A stretch of DNA of 64,000 nucleotides from Mustelus asterias (taxonomy: Eukaryota), in assembly GCF_964213995.1 (NCBI RefSeq), contig NC_135808.1, positions 27,962,001 through 28,026,000 of the forward strand, read 5' to 3'. Positions 49,910 through 63,876 of the stretch are shown here, one piece after another. The notes under the pieces were generated by a model, which had not been told where the DNA came from, made no database searches, and worked only from the letters and a program-made list of their open reading frames with translations. A program made the translations under genes and the position numbers. Each line of letters starts with the position of its first letter. Position 1 is the first letter of the stretch.

Positions 49910-51305
49910 AGTGCAGGACTTAGGTGTTGTACCTAAATGCACGCAGGATACGGAACAAGGTAAATGAGCTTGTTGCGCACAATAAAATTGGCCGGTACGA
50001 TGTTGTGGGCATCACAGGGACGTGGCTGCAAGGGAATCAGGGCTGGGATCTAAATATCCAAGGATATCTGTCCTATTGGAAGGACAGGCAGATGGACAAA
50101 GGGGGCGGGGTTGCATTGTTAGTAAAGAATGAAATTAAATCGATAGCCAGGAGCGATATAGGATCGGAAGGCATAGAATCTCTGTGGGTAGAGTTGAGGA
50201 ATCGCAAAGATAAAAAAGACCCTGATGGGAGTTATGTACAGGCTCCCGAGCATTAGTCAGGATGTGGGGCAGAAAATAAATCAGAGGTAAAAAAGGCAAT
50301 ATTACAATAATTATGGGGGACTTCAATATGCAGGTGGACTGGGAAAATCAGGTAGGTGGTGGATCCCAAGAAAAGGAATTTGTGGAATGTCGAAGAGATG
50401 GGTTTTTGGAGCAGGTTGTGACAGAGCCGACTAGGGAACAGGCAATTCTGGATTTGGTGATGTGTAATGAGGCAGGCTTGATTCGGGAACTTAAGGTGAA
50501 GAAGGAACCATTTGGGAGCAGTGACCACAATATGATAGAATTTACCCTGCAGTTTGAGAGGGGGAAGCTGGAATCAGATGTAACAATATTACAATTCAAT
50601 AAAGGTAACTACAAAGACATGAGAAAGGAGCTGGCCAGAGTTGATTGGAAAGGAAGCCGAGCAGGGAAGACAGTGGAACAGCAATGGCAGGTGTTTTGGA
50701 GGGTTATTTGGGAGGCACAACAGAAATTCATCCCAAGGAGGAGGAAACATGCTAAGGGGCGGACGAAGCATTCGTGGCTGATGAGGGAAGTCAAGGCATC
50801 ACAAAAGCAAAAGAAAAAGCATACACAGTGGTGAGGATTAGTGGGAAGCCAGAGGTTTGGGAAGCCTTTAAAAGTGAGCAAAGGCCGACTTAAAAAGCAA
50901 TAAGGGGGGAGAAGATGAAATATGATTGTAAGCTTGCTAATAATATAGAGGAAGATAGGAAGAGTTTTTTCAAAGGTAAGAGAGAGGCAAAAATAGATTT
51001 TGGACCACTGCAAAGTGAGGCTGGAGAAATAATATTAGGAAACAAAGAAATGGCAGAGGAACTGAATAGTTACTTTGCATCAATCTTCACGGTGGAAGAC
51101 AGCAGTGGGATGCCAGAGCTCCAGGAGAGTCAGGGGGCACAGGTGAGTGTAATGGCCATTACTAAGGAGAAGGCTATGGGGAAACTGACAAGTCTGAAGG
51201 TGAATCAATCACCTGGACTGGATGGACTACACCCCAGCGTTCTAAAAGAGATCACCTGAGGAAATTATGGAGGCATTGGTGGTGATCTTTCAGGAATCAT
51301 TGTTT
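49910..51305 (+). mobile_element. CR1 ORF2 (endonuclease to start of RT), right half of the element the ERV inserted into (left half about 31600-31818)
   Basis: ORFs 49924..50256 (LYLNARRIRNK), 50313..50834 (MGDFN, SDHN) and 50915..51259 (SPGLDG). Confidence 0.85.
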
Positions 51306-51589
51306 CCTAAGAATGTGATTTTGTCTGCATGTCACCGTACCAGCAATCTGCTCTTGGCTAAAATGCACAATTACTTTATAAAATGCAGTTGATGCATTTA
51401 AAATATCAAAATACGCTTTTAAATCACAATCACTTGTTTAAATCTTTTACTGCATTCACATGTGTAAACTGTTCCCTTGTGAGCTCCTACGTCTGATTTC
51501 GAGTCACTTAACTCAGTGCTGGTAGTTCTATTAGTGTCTTAAATGCCGAATGGTTTAAACATTTCTCTAACCTCCGAAAATTTTCTCCC

Positions 51590-52830
51590 CAACGTTCCCT
51601 GTTTCCTTTGACTCTCTTGTCAGTCAAGAATCTATCTAACTCAGCCTTAAAAGGTATTCAATGATCCTGCCTTCACTGGCGAAGGGAATTCCATAACATC
51701 AACACTCTCAACAAAAGGAAATTCTCTTCATCTGCTTCAATGGGTGAGCCCCTCATTTTTAAATTGTGTCCCTTAGTTCTAGTTTCTCCCAGAAGTTGAA
51801 ACATTCTTTCAGCATCCCCCTTGCAATATCCCTCAGGATCTTATATGTTTCAATAGGATCACTTCTCATTCTTCTAAACGCCAGTGGAAATGATTCAACC
51901 TGTCCAGCCTCTCTTTATCAGACAACCTCTTCATACCAGCAATCAGCTGGGTGAACCTTCTGCGCACTGCTTCTGATGCAGTTATATTATTTCTTAAATT
52001 CAATGAACAAAACTGTAAATGCTTCTCCAGATGTGACCGATGCCATGTGTAACTTTAACAAAACTTCCTTGAATTCCATTTCTCTCGCAATAAACAGCAG
52101 CATTCCATTTGCCGTTAATCGCTTGCTGTATCTGCATGCTCACTTTTTGTGATTCATGTTCCAGGACATATAAATCCCTCTGTACCTCAGAATTCTGCAA
52201 TTTCTCTCCATTGAAATTACATACTGTTTTTCTATTCTTCCTGTCAAATTGGACAAGTTCACATTTTTCTACATTCTATTCCATCTGCCAAATGTTTGCC
52301 CACTCATTTAACTTATTTATACCCCTTGGTAGACTTCTCATGCTCTTCACAACTAACTCTTCTGCCTCTCTTTGTGTCACCAGCAAATTTTGCAACTGTG
52401 CATTCGGTCCCCTAATTAAGCTCATTGATCTCGATTATAAATAGTTAAGGGTCCAGTGTTGATTCCTGTGCCACCCCTGGTCTCATCAAATCATCCCAAA
52501 AATGACCTATTTATCCTTACTGTCTGTTTCTTGTGAGCTAACAAAACTTCTATTGATGCTAATATGTTACCCCTATCCCATGATTTTGTGAACTTACCTT
52601 TTTTTGTGGCACAAAAACAGAAGATGCTGGAAAATCTCAGCATGTCTGACAGCATGTATGGCGACAGAATAATGCCGACATTTTGAATCAGGATGACCCT
52701 TTTGAAAATCCAGCTCCTGAATTTCCTCTGGCTTCTCTCTCTGTTCAATCTTCAAACAATTCAATGAAATTGGTCAAGTAAGATTTACCCTGTTGAAACT
52801 CATGTTGACTATGCATTACTCTTGACCGAA
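51590..52830 (-). mobile_element. Decayed CR1 RT/3' region
   Basis: ORF fragments 52000..52200 and 52745..52963 (HEFQQGKSYLTNFIELFE). Confidence 0.7.
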
Positions 52831-52989
52831 TTCCCCAACCTTGCCCCCATCTGGGATTATCTGGTCCTGCTGATGTGAATGGAAATTTGGCTGAGTACCA
52901 AATTCTGTCTTCTTGCTGCCAGCTGTAGGGGAGTGTGCGAAACCAGAGAATTCCGGCCATCATTTTTGGTTCCAGATTTTTTTCTACTT

Positions 52990-53330
52990 AGAAACCATAG
53001 AAACCCTACAGTGCAGAAGGAGGCCATTCGGCCTATCGAGTCTGCACCGACCACAATCCCACCCAGGCCCTACCCCCATATCCCTACATATTTACCCGCT
53101 AATCTCTCTAACCTATCTCAGGACACTAAGGGGCAATTTTAGCATGGCCAATCCACCTAACCCACACATCTTTGGACTGTGGGAGGAAACCGGAGCACCC
53201 AGAGGAAACCCATGCAGACACGAGGAGAATGTGCAAACTCCACACAGACAGTGACCCAAGCCGGGAATCGGACCCAGGTCCCTGGAACTGTGAAGCAGCA
53301 GTGCTAACCGCTGTGCTACCGTGCCGCCCT
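52990..53330 (-). mobile_element. HE1-type SINE
   Basis: Full-length reverse-complement SINE consensus. Confidence 0.9.
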
Positions 53331-55559
53331 TAGTACGTTTTTCATTATTTTTCCTTGCAGTAATTTGACTTTCCTACAGTTTCCTGGAGAGGTTTTATCT
53401 CCCATCCTAAAAATAGGCATAATTTTAGCTGTACGCCAGTCTCCTGACACTACACTTTTCTCAGATGAATTGCTGAATGTATATATTTCTCTTTTCCAGT
53501 GTTTTAAAACATGTGAATGCAAGTTATACAGACTAGGGGTGGCACCATTAACCTGATGATGCAGTGGTCATCCTACCCACTACTTCCTGGTTTCTTTTCT
53601 AGTTTCCACCGACCTGAGTCTCAACAAAGGTACCTCCAAGAATGCTCTGCAACTGACCCTGGGAGCATGCTCCCTTCACAGCCTGGGAATGAATTCATTG
53701 GAAAGCGTGGTTTCTGTATGAAAGGAATTGTGGATACTACATCTCAATTCATTAGTGGCCATTGGTGAGTGTTCTGTATTGGTTGTTGGAAGATTAACAA
53801 CTGAAATGTTAACTACGTTTCTCTCTCCACTGCCTGACTTGTTGAGTATTTCCAGTGGCAACAAATACATTGCAAGGTTATTTGCTACTGCTTTTGAGGA
53901 GGGTTTACACAAACTGGCAAAGGTGTGGGAGCTGGCAGGCAACGCGAGAGAGCTATACCGAAGTGCACAGAATACTCGGAGAGATGGTGCCAAGTGTGGT
54001 AAATAAGATTGTTGAGTTGCAGGCACATAGCTACATAATCTTGTAGTGATAATGGAAACCTGGCTCAAACAAGGATTGGAGTGGGTATTAAATATTCCTG
54101 GATGCAATGTGTTCAGGAAAGTGGGAAGGGAAGCAATGTTGACTCATAAGAACATTGCAGTGCTGGAGAAAGATTATGTCCCAGAGGTGTCAGGACAGTA
54201 TCTATTTGACCAGAGGAACGGAATAAAAACAGTGCAGTGATATTGCTTGATGTAGTCTATAGGCCACCACCTCGTGGAAAAGATTTAGAGGAACACATGT
54301 TTGAGGAAATTACAAAAGTGCAAGGACTATAGATTAGTTGTAATGTGGGATTTTAATGTTCTGAATATAGTGTAAGGATTTGGACTCTTTGCAAAACCTA
54401 AGATTAAGAAAATTATTGGCGAGGAATAGCCAATTTAGCAAAACGTCTGATTTTAATTGCAAACTAATGAGGTTTCATTGGACCATAAAGATTAATTATT
54501 GGCATTTCATTAGTTGAAGCGTGGCACGTACGAAGTTCATCATGTGTCGATCTGTCTTTTCTGTGAATCCTACAACTGCTGGGATCTTCTCTTGGTGCTT
54601 TGACCGTTGTCTCTTGACTCACGACATCCATTTAGATTTTAGCTCAGTCAACTTGAATCAAACAAACATAAATCACTTTGTTGCTTTAAAACTTCAACTC
54701 TCGTGGATCATTTTGAAATCCACAGCTTCCTGTCCACCTTAACTGCTGAATCTACAGATTTCACTCTGTTCTCCATCGCTCTCATGTAAACCGCTTTCTA
54801 ACAAAGTGGATTTCTCAAAATGTTTAATACTACTTTACTATTAATTTTTACAAGCTAGAATTTAATTGGCTGAACTATTCCTCTTAGCTAAGTGAAAACA
54901 CGTTTTCCAATCATTCACTTAAGGCAATGACCTTGGCCTGGCAATCTTGTCCATGCTCGGTCCAATATTAGACTGTTATGCAAAGCCTCAGCCCGGTGAA
55001 AGCTACTTCACTCACTGTCTTACTTTAAGCTTAATGGTGGGTTCTCATTGGTAAGCCAGCTTGTGACAAATGGCTGTCAACTAGCCATGTCCGATGCAAA
55101 TGTAAGCTTCCGAGCAAGGGCTCTACTGCTGACAGATGCTGTCATTGACAGTGCTCTATTCCTCAGTCTTCTGAAAAATGCTTCCCCAGCAAATGACCTG
55201 TGACAAATTCGAACACCCTTGGCAAGTGCAAAGAGCTCAGTGTAGCGCCCGTAATTTTGTACCTTTTGTAGGTAACTGCAACATTTAACCCAAGTTTGTA
55301 CATCTGGGCCAATACAACTAATGAATTGTAACCAGATATTTCCAGCTCTTGAACAAAGGGAAGTGTGACTCTACCATTCTCACAACAATCTAACTTAATT
55401 CGTATACCTGTTTGGAGGTTCTCAGAAATTTCTAGCCCCAACAATTAGCTCTGTAGCTTTGGTATCCCTTCTACCAGCTGAACTATGACTTGCAGAAGAA
55501 TACCAAGAATTTTCTACAGCAGTAGGTTTCCAATCGAACAAAAACAGATGTATTCACAG

Positions 55560-58500
55560 ATCTAGTTCCTGGGAATGAGATGCGGCAAGTGGATCAGGGA
55601 CTGTTTAAGGGACAGTAATCATGGTGTCATCAGGTTTAAGTTAGACATAGAACCATCCAAATAAGAATAATCAACTGGGAGAAAGCCAACTTCAATTGAG
55701 AATCGATCTGGCTCGGATAAATTGGAATCAAAGGTTGGCAGTGAAGATTAACGAACAATGGCCTTCCTTTAAAGAAAAAGTAGTTCAGGTGCAGTCAATT
55801 AATATTCAGACAAGGGGTCAGGTAAGGCAACCTAATCCAGAGCTCCCTGAATGAAAAAAATGAAGAAGAAAAGTTCTGCTTATGAGAAATGTTGTGCCTT
55901 TGTTTAATAAGGGCTGCAGGGAAAAGCCTGGGAACTACAGGCCAGTGAGCCTCACATCTGTGATGGGTAAATTGTTGGAAGGTATTTTGAGAGACAGGAT
56001 CTATAGGCATTTAGAGACGCAAGTACTGATTAGGGAAAGTCAGCATGGCTTTGTGAGTGGAAAATCATGTCTCTCAAATTTGATTGAGTTTTTTGAAGGG
56101 GTAACCAAGAAGGTCGATGAGGGCAGTGCAGTTGATGTCTACATGGACTTTAGCAAGGCCTTTGACAAGGTACCGCATGGTAGGTTGTTGCATAAGGTTA
56201 AATCTCACGGGATCCAGGATGAGGTATCTAAATGGATACAAAATTGTAGAGGGTGGTTGAAGAGGGTTGTTTTTCAAACTGGAGGCCTGTGACCAGCAGT
56301 GTGCCTCAGGGATCAGTGCTTGGTCCAATGTTATTTGTCATTTATATTAATGATTTGGATGGGAATATAGGAGGCATGGTTAGTAAGTTTGCAGATGACA
56401 CTAAGATTGGTCGCATAGTGGACAGTGAAGAAAGTTATCTCCAATTGCTACGGGATCTTGATCAATTGAGCCAGTGGGCTGACAAATGGCAGATGGAGTT
56501 TAATTTATACAAATGTGAGGTGGTGCATTTTGGTAGATTGAACCAGGGCAGGACTTATTCAGTTAATGGTAGGGCGTTGGGGAGAGTTACAGAACAAAGA
56601 GATCTCGGGGTACATGTTCATAACTCCTTGAAAGTGGAGTCATAGGTGGACAGAGTGGTGAAGAAGGCATTCGGCATGCTTGGTTTCATCGGTCAGAGCA
56701 TTGAATACAGGAGTTGGAATGTCCTGTTGAAGTTGTGCAAGACATTGGTAAGGCCACACTTGGAACACCGTGTGCAATTCTGGTCACCCTATTATAGAAA
56801 GGATATTATTAAACTAGAAAGAGTGCAGAAAAGATTTACTAGGATGCTACCGGCACTTGATGGATTGAGTTATAAGGAGAGGCTGGATAGACTGGGACTT
56901 TTTTCTCTGGAGTGTAGGAGGATGAGGGGTAATCTGATAGAGGTGTACAAAATAATGAGGGGCACAGATCAGCTGGATAGTCAATATCTTTTTCCAAAGG
57001 TAGGGGAGTCGAAAACTAGAGGGCATAGGTTAAAGGGGAGAGATACAAAAGTGTCCAGAGGGGAAATTTTTTCCTGTGTCACACAGAGGGTGGTAAGTGT
57101 CTGGAACAAGCTGCCAGAGGTCGTCGTAGAGGCGGGTACAATTTTGTCTTTTAAAAGGCATTTAGATAGTTACCTGGGTACGATGGGTATAGAGGAATAT
57201 GGGCCAAAGGCGGGCAATTAGGATTAGCTTAGGCATTTAAAAAAAAGGGCGGCATGGACAAGTTGGGCCGAAGGGCCTGTTTCCATGCTGTAAATCTCTA
57301 TGATTCTATGACTCTATGAGAGACATAGCCATAGAACAGTACAGCACAGTACAGGCCCTTCAGCCCACGATGTTGTGCCGAACCTTTTCCGAAACCAAGA
57401 TCAAGCTATCCCACTCTATCATTCTAGTGTGCTCCCTGTGCCTATCCAATAACCGCTTGAAAGTTCCTAAGGTGTCTGACTCCACTATCACAGCAGGCAG
57501 TCCATTCCACACCCCAACCACTCTCTGAGGAAAGAACCTACCTCGTACATCCCTCCTATATCTTCCACCACAAACCTTATAGTTATGCTCCCTAGTAACA
57601 GCTACATCCACCCGAGGAAATAGTCTCTGAACGTCCACTCTATCTATCCCCCTCATCATCTTATAAACGTCTATTAAGTCGCCTCTCAACCTCCTCCGCT
57701 CTAAAGAGAAAATCCTTCGCTCCCTCAACCTTTCCTCATAAGACCTACCCTCCAAACCAGGCAGCATCCTGGTAAATCTCCTCTGCACTCTTTCCAGCGC
57801 TTCCACATCCTTCTTATAGTGAGGTGACCAGAACTGCACACAATATTCCAAATGTGGTCTCACCAAGGTCCTGTACAGTTGCAGCATAATGTCAGTTGGA
57901 TAATACTACTGAGAACCAGAACATAGAAGGTTCAGAGGGGAATTGAAAAAGCACGAGTGAGGTGAAGAAACTATGAAGATAAACTGGCAGCTCACATAAA
58001 ACTGAAAAATAGAACTGCGAGTCTACCGTAGGCATATAAATTGTAAGAGGGTGGTAAAAGGAGGTGATGGGCCAAATAGAGAATGAAAAGGGAACTTGAA
58101 CATGCAGGTATTAAATGAATACTAAGCATCTGTCTTTACCAAGGGACAAGATGCTGCATAGGTCATTGTGGAGGAAGACTTGATTCAGATGGTTGAAATT
58201 GATATGAAGTATTAGAGATGTTGTCTCCACTTAAAACTTGGTAGGGCACCAGGATGGGATGATATGCATCCAAGGAAATAGGGAAGTGAAACTGGAAATT
58301 ACGGAGGCACTAGTTGTAATTTTCCAGTCTTTTGTAGTTTCAGGTTGGTGGCACAGGAGTGGAGGATTGCAAATGTGACATCTTTGCTGAAAAAAAGAAG
58401 TAAAGATTAGCCAGCAGCCACATGGGCCAGTCAGCTGAACCTCAGTGATGTGGACGCTTTGAAAAACAATAATGTGGGACAAAATTATTAGGCACTTGCG

Positions 58501-59780
58501 AAAATGCAGGTTAATTAAGGCAAGCCAGCACAGATTTTTTCGGGACAAATCATGTTTAACTGAATAAGACTCATTCAGACTTGAAATGTTAGCTTGGTTC
58601 ACTCAGCACAGATGGTGTTAGACCTGCTGAGCTTTTCCAGCATTTTCTGTTTTTGTTTCATGTTTAACGAACTTGCTTGAGTTTTTTGATGAGGTAACAG
58701 AGGGAGTCGACAAGGGTAATCCTGTTGATGTGGCGTACATGGATTTCCAAAAGTGCTGCAAAGCAGACTTTTGAAGAAAGTTAGAAGTCATGGAATAAAA
58801 GGGTCTCTATCAACATGAATACAAAGATTAATGAATGACAGGGAAGTGGAGTGTTATGGTGAACAGTTGTTTTTGGACTGGAGGGAGATTTATGTAAGAG
58901 TTCCCGGGGTTGAAATTAGAGCACTGGCTCTTCTTATAAATTACTGTTCTGTGCTTTGGTGAATAGGGCACAATTTCAAAATGTGCAGATGATACTCGAG
59001 TTGGAAGCGCTTAGGAGAATAGTGTAGACTTGGAGGAGTGGGTGGACAAATGACAGATGAAGTTCAATGCAGATAAATTTGAAGTGATTCACTTTGGTTG
59101 AAGGAATACCAAAAGACAATAAAAATACAGGGTACAGCATTAAAGGGTGTGCATTTGCACGGGATCTGGGCGCATATGTACACAAATCGTTGCAGGTGGG
59201 AGGACATGTCGAGAGCGTGGTTAATGAAGCATACAACATATTGGCCTTCATCGAAGTGGCATAGAGTTACAAAATCAAGGAAGCTGTAGTCAACTTGTTT
59301 AAAACACTAGTTTGGCCTCAACTGGAGTTTTGTCTCCACTTCTGAGCACCCCATTTTAGGAGGACTGTGCTGTCATTGAAGACACTGTAGAAAAGTTTCA
59401 TGAGAATGGTTGCACAGATTAGGATAATCAATTACATAAATAGATTAGAGAAGCTGGGACTGTCCTTGGAGAAGAGGAGGTTGAATGGAGGTTTGGGAGA
59501 AGTTTTCAAAATTATTCGGGAGTGGACAGACAGGGAGAATTTGTTTATATTGAAAGATGGATTGAGAATCAGGCACAGAGCTTTAAGGCAAATGAAACCG
59601 TGGCATTACTGGAAAAAGCTTTTCATGCAGCGAGTGGCAAGGATCTGGAATGTTGTGCCTGAGTTTGGTGGAGGCAGGTTCAGTCAAGGCACTTGAGGAA
59701 TTGGATTATTACCTGAAAAGGAAGATTGTACGGAGCTACAGGGAGAAATCAGGGGAGTGGCACTCCTTTGAAGAGTCAAC
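55560..59780 (+). mobile_element. Old CR1 ORF2 containing nested CR1s (55888-57314, plus strand, TSD TATGAGA; about 57325-57890, minus strand) and a PLE-like fragment
   Basis: ORFs 55882..57221 (RT motifs), 57360..57887(-) and 59400..59696. TSD at 55881-55887 / 57315-57321. Confidence 0.8.
58561..58657 (+). mobile_element. Short Penelope-like terminal fragment with an 11-bp TSD
   Basis: TCATGTTTAAC at 58550-58560 and 58658-58668. The body ...agacctgctgagcttttccagcattttctgtttttg is shared with 21690-21790, 52608-52705, 60617-60705 and 61560-61693. Confidence 0.6.
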
Positions 59781-61835
59781 ATGGCGAAATAGAGATAATG
59801 TTTCAGGGTGTGTGGAGTTAATGCTGGGGAATAAACAGTGTGCAGAAAATCCATAGCCAATATAAGCTCAGAAGGAGGAATAACAATGGCACATAATGTC
59901 GAAAAAAACAGGCCTTGACTATGAAAGATACTGTTGAAGATCAAGCTGGTAAGACAGCAGCATGTGATCAGGCGATGGCAGAAGTGGAAACCTCATTTCG
60001 TCATGATTTGCAGAAGTAACAGTAAGATTCGAAATATGGCGAAAATACACCAATTGTTAGATGTAAAGGAGCATAGAAAAGGGCAGAGTCACAATCGAAA
60101 GCACAGAGATGAAACATGTATTCATAACAACAGAAAAAGGGCACCGGTCTGAGTGGATCAAGAAGCGTCACTGAGGATTTTATTTTAAATTTATTCGTTC
60201 ATGGAATGCAGGCTTCACTTGCTAGGCCAGCATTTATTGCCCCTTCCCTAATTGGCCTTGAGAAGGTGGTGATGATCTGTCTTCTCAAACTGCTGCAGTC
60301 CATGTGATGTCAGTACACCCACAATGCTACTAGGAGGGAGTTCCTGGATTTTAACCGAGAAACAATGAAGGAATGCAATACAGTTCCAAGTCAGGCTGCT
60401 ATGTGGTTTGGAGAGGAACTTGCAGGTGGTGGTATTCCCGGGTATCTGCTGTCCTTGTCCCTTTACGTGGTTGAGGTCACGGGTTTGGAAGGTGCTTTTG
60501 ATGGAGCTTTGCTGAGCTGCTGTAATACATCTTGTAGATCGTACATACTGCTGCCCTGCATCTCTGAGCAATGCCTGCAATGAAACTAAAGCAAAACATT
60601 CTACGTGCAGCACCTGAAATAAAAGCAAATGCTGGAAATACTCAGCTGGCCCAACAGCATCTGTCCAGCGAGGAACAGAGCTAACGTTATAGGGTGACAT
60701 TTCAGGTGGCAATAAAACACTGCTGACTGCAGCTGAATAATAGCAGCCACAGTTCCCACAATTCTCTGCACACCAAAAACCACAGTATGCGAAGCACTCA
60801 ATTCCCCTTTCGCCCAGTGTGCACATACTTTCCAGGCCAGCTGCCATTCTGGGTGGCATATCGCTGCAATTCAGAATTGGCAGAAATGGAAGGAGAAACC
60901 AGGAAACTAAAGCATGGATAGTGGAGACACTGCATATTGGTTCAATGATGCCTCCCAAGGACATCACCATATTTGAAGTCAGACTAGGCAGCTCTAATTC
61001 AGGGCATGAGACATGTGCTTGATGTTGCTGAGACTGCAGTCCTGGAGCCGCACTGCAAATGCTGTGTGCAGACACCTTGTCTCTGCAGTAAGGTCCTTAT
61101 GCTGCCTCAATGTTAGGGTCATAGCTGCTGTGCATAGCATTCCAGCCCACCATTCTTTTGCTCGGCTATACAATTAGTCTGTGCTCACTGCTCACTGTAT
61201 TTTCTTAATGATCTTTCAAGTATGAATAAGATTCCATTTTGACTGTTGAAAGACGATTCAATGTCAGTTTTTAATGATTTACACTCTTGTGTATGCCTCA
61301 GCTATTTATCTATATTCATGTGCCTGTATGATTGCATTGATCGCGACCAAGGAGCTAAGATTTAAATCTGCCATGATCTAATTGAATGGCTGAACAGCCC
61401 AGAGGAAATGAACGGCCTTATTCTGTTCCTATGTTGCTACTTAAAATGCTGTTTCTTGTCATCAGCTACAGGGTATTAGAAGAGCAGGGCATATAGACAG
61501 GAATAATTCTGGGCTCCTTCTGTTCCTCCACCTCAGCCACACTAAACAGTGACTGTACCCATTTAGACGAAGGGTCATCCAGACGCGAAATGTTGGCTTT
61601 ATTCTCTCTCCACAGTTGCTGCCAGACCTGCTGAGATTTTCCATAATTTTCTGTTTTTGTTTCAGATTCCAGTATTTGCAGTATTTTGCTTTTACGCATT
61701 TAGACATTGGGAGGAGGTCCAGTGACCCTGCTAGAAAATGCACGTGTGAGGTATCAGATGATAGCAGCAGAATAGCCTTTCTGCACTCAATGCACAGGGT
61801 GGCACACGTGGATTGAGCACATCAGAGCCCCGTAT

Positions 61836-62485
61836 TGAATCATAGAATCCCTGCAGTGCAGAAGGAGGCCATTCGGCCCTTCGAGTCTGCACAAACGTTC
61901 TGACAGAGCATCTTACCTAGGCCCCATCCCCGTAACCCCACATATTTATCCCTCTAATCCCCTATCCGACACGTTGTGGGACACTAAGTGTTTCTTCAGA
62001 AGGAACTCTTCAAAATGCAGCAAATGAAACAACAGCAAAACTTACTCCAACTTATCAATCAAAGAAAGGGTTTAATAAAGAAACATCATTACTCCAAACT
62101 TGGGGCCTCGCCCTGGGCCACTCCAGGCTTCCAACAAATCTACATAGTTCCTTATTTATAGTGGATCAGTTGGTCAGCTGACTTTTACATCACTCTGTGA
62201 TTGGTTCCATGTTTTACTGGGTCAGTTGACCCATTGTTCTCATTGGTCACATTACATCCAACATAAATTTGTCACTGGTTACATTCTAACACTAAGGGGC
62301 AATTTAGCATGGCCTATCTACCTAACCTGCACATCTTTGGACTGTGGGAGGAAACCGGAGCACCCGGAGGTAACCCACACAGATACAGAGAGAACATGCA
62401 AACTCCATACAGTCACCCGAGGCTGGAATTGAACCCGGGTCCTTGGCGCTATGAGGCAGCAGTGCTAACCACTGTGCTGCCCAGG
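61836..62485 (-). mobile_element. HE1-type SINE split by a solo LTR
   Basis: The SINE halves 61836-61988 and 62292-62485 join at ...acactaag|gggcaattt. Confidence 0.88.
61989..62291 (-). mobile_element. Solo LTR (303 bp)
   Basis: TGTT...AACA termini; 5-bp TSD CTAAG (61984-61988 / 62292-62296). The minus strand has TATAAATAAGG and a downstream ATTAAA. Confidence 0.82.
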
Positions 62486-62544
62486 GAAGAGAAACTATTG
62501 AGGGTAGGACTGATCTTGGCCACAGTGAGCCCATTGAGGGAGGA

Positions 62545-63690
62545 ACTAAGAACAAAGAAAATTACAGCACAGGAACAGGCCCTTCGGCCCTCCAAGCCTG
62601 CAGTGACCATGTTGCCCGACTTAACTAAAACCCCCTACCCTTCCGGGGACCATTTCCCTCTATTCCCATCCTATTCATGTATTTGTCAAGATCCGCCTTG
62701 AAAATCACTACCGTATCCGCTTCCATTACCTCCCCCGGCAACGAGTTCCAGGCACCCACCACCGTCTGTGTAAAAAACAAAAATCTGCCTCGTACATCTT
62801 TAAACCTTGCCCCTCGCACCTTAAACATGTGCCCCCTAGTAATGGACTCTTCCACCCTGGGAAAAAGCTTCTGACTATCCACTCTGTCCATGCCTCTCAT
62901 AATCTTGTAGACTTCTATCAGGTCCCCCCTCAACCTCCGTCGTTCCAGTGAGAACAAACCAAGTTTCTCCAACCTCTCCTCATAGCTAATGCCCTCCATA
63001 TCAGGCAACATCCTTGTAAATCTTTTCTGTACCCTTTCCAAAGCCTTCGCATCCTTCTGGTATTGTGGCAACAAGAATTGAACACTATATTCTAAGTGCG
63101 GCCTAACTAAGGTTCTATAAAGCTGCAACATGACTTGCCAATTTTTAAACTCAATGCCCCGGCCGATGAAGGCAAGCATGCCTTATGCCTTCTTGACTAT
63201 CTTCTCCACCTGCATTGCCACTTTCAGTGACCTGTGTACATGAACACCCAGATCCCTCTGCCTATCAATACTCTTAAGGGTTCTGCCATTCATTGTTTAT
63301 TTGCTATCTGTATGAGACCTTCCAAAATGCATTACCTCACATTGTCTGGATTAAACTCCATCTGCCATCTCTCTGCCCAAGTCTCCAACCGATTCATATC
63401 CTGCTGTATCCTCTGATGGTCCTCATCGCTATCCGCAAATCCTCCAACCTTTGTCATCTGCAAACTTGCCAATCAAACCAGTTACATTTTCCTCCAAATC
63501 TCCTATGTGTATATATATATATATAATATAATATATATATATTACAAATAGCAAGGGCCCCAGCACTGATCCCTGAGGAACGCCACTTGTCACAGGCCTC
63601 CATTCAGAAACGCACCCTTCCACTGCTACCCTCTGTTTTCTTTGACCAAGCCAGTTTTGTATCCACCTTGCCAGCTCACCTCTGATCCCA
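62545..63690 (-). mobile_element. 5'-truncated CR1 with an internal (TA)n expansion at about 63509-63541
   Basis: ORFs 62625..63179 and 63429..63623 (GVPQGSVLGP, FADD). Confidence 0.9.
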
Positions 63691-63876
63691 TGCGAGGAGA
63701 GCAGGAAGAACCAATGAAAGTGGAACTGAATCCAGTCACGTTCAGCACCTTTTACTCAGGTGAGGGAGAAATATCCACCAGAAGTAAAAATATTCGAGAT
63801 ACTATGCTGGGTTTGGATTTCAGCAGAGTGTGCAGGATGAGGATGATTGAAAAAGTTAGAAAAGTTGTCACAGACA

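Noticed and set aside
60248-61075. 275-aa minus-strand ORF
   Set aside because: It runs across unrelated repeat fragments (old LINE 3' end, PLE-like piece) and has no recognisable domain.
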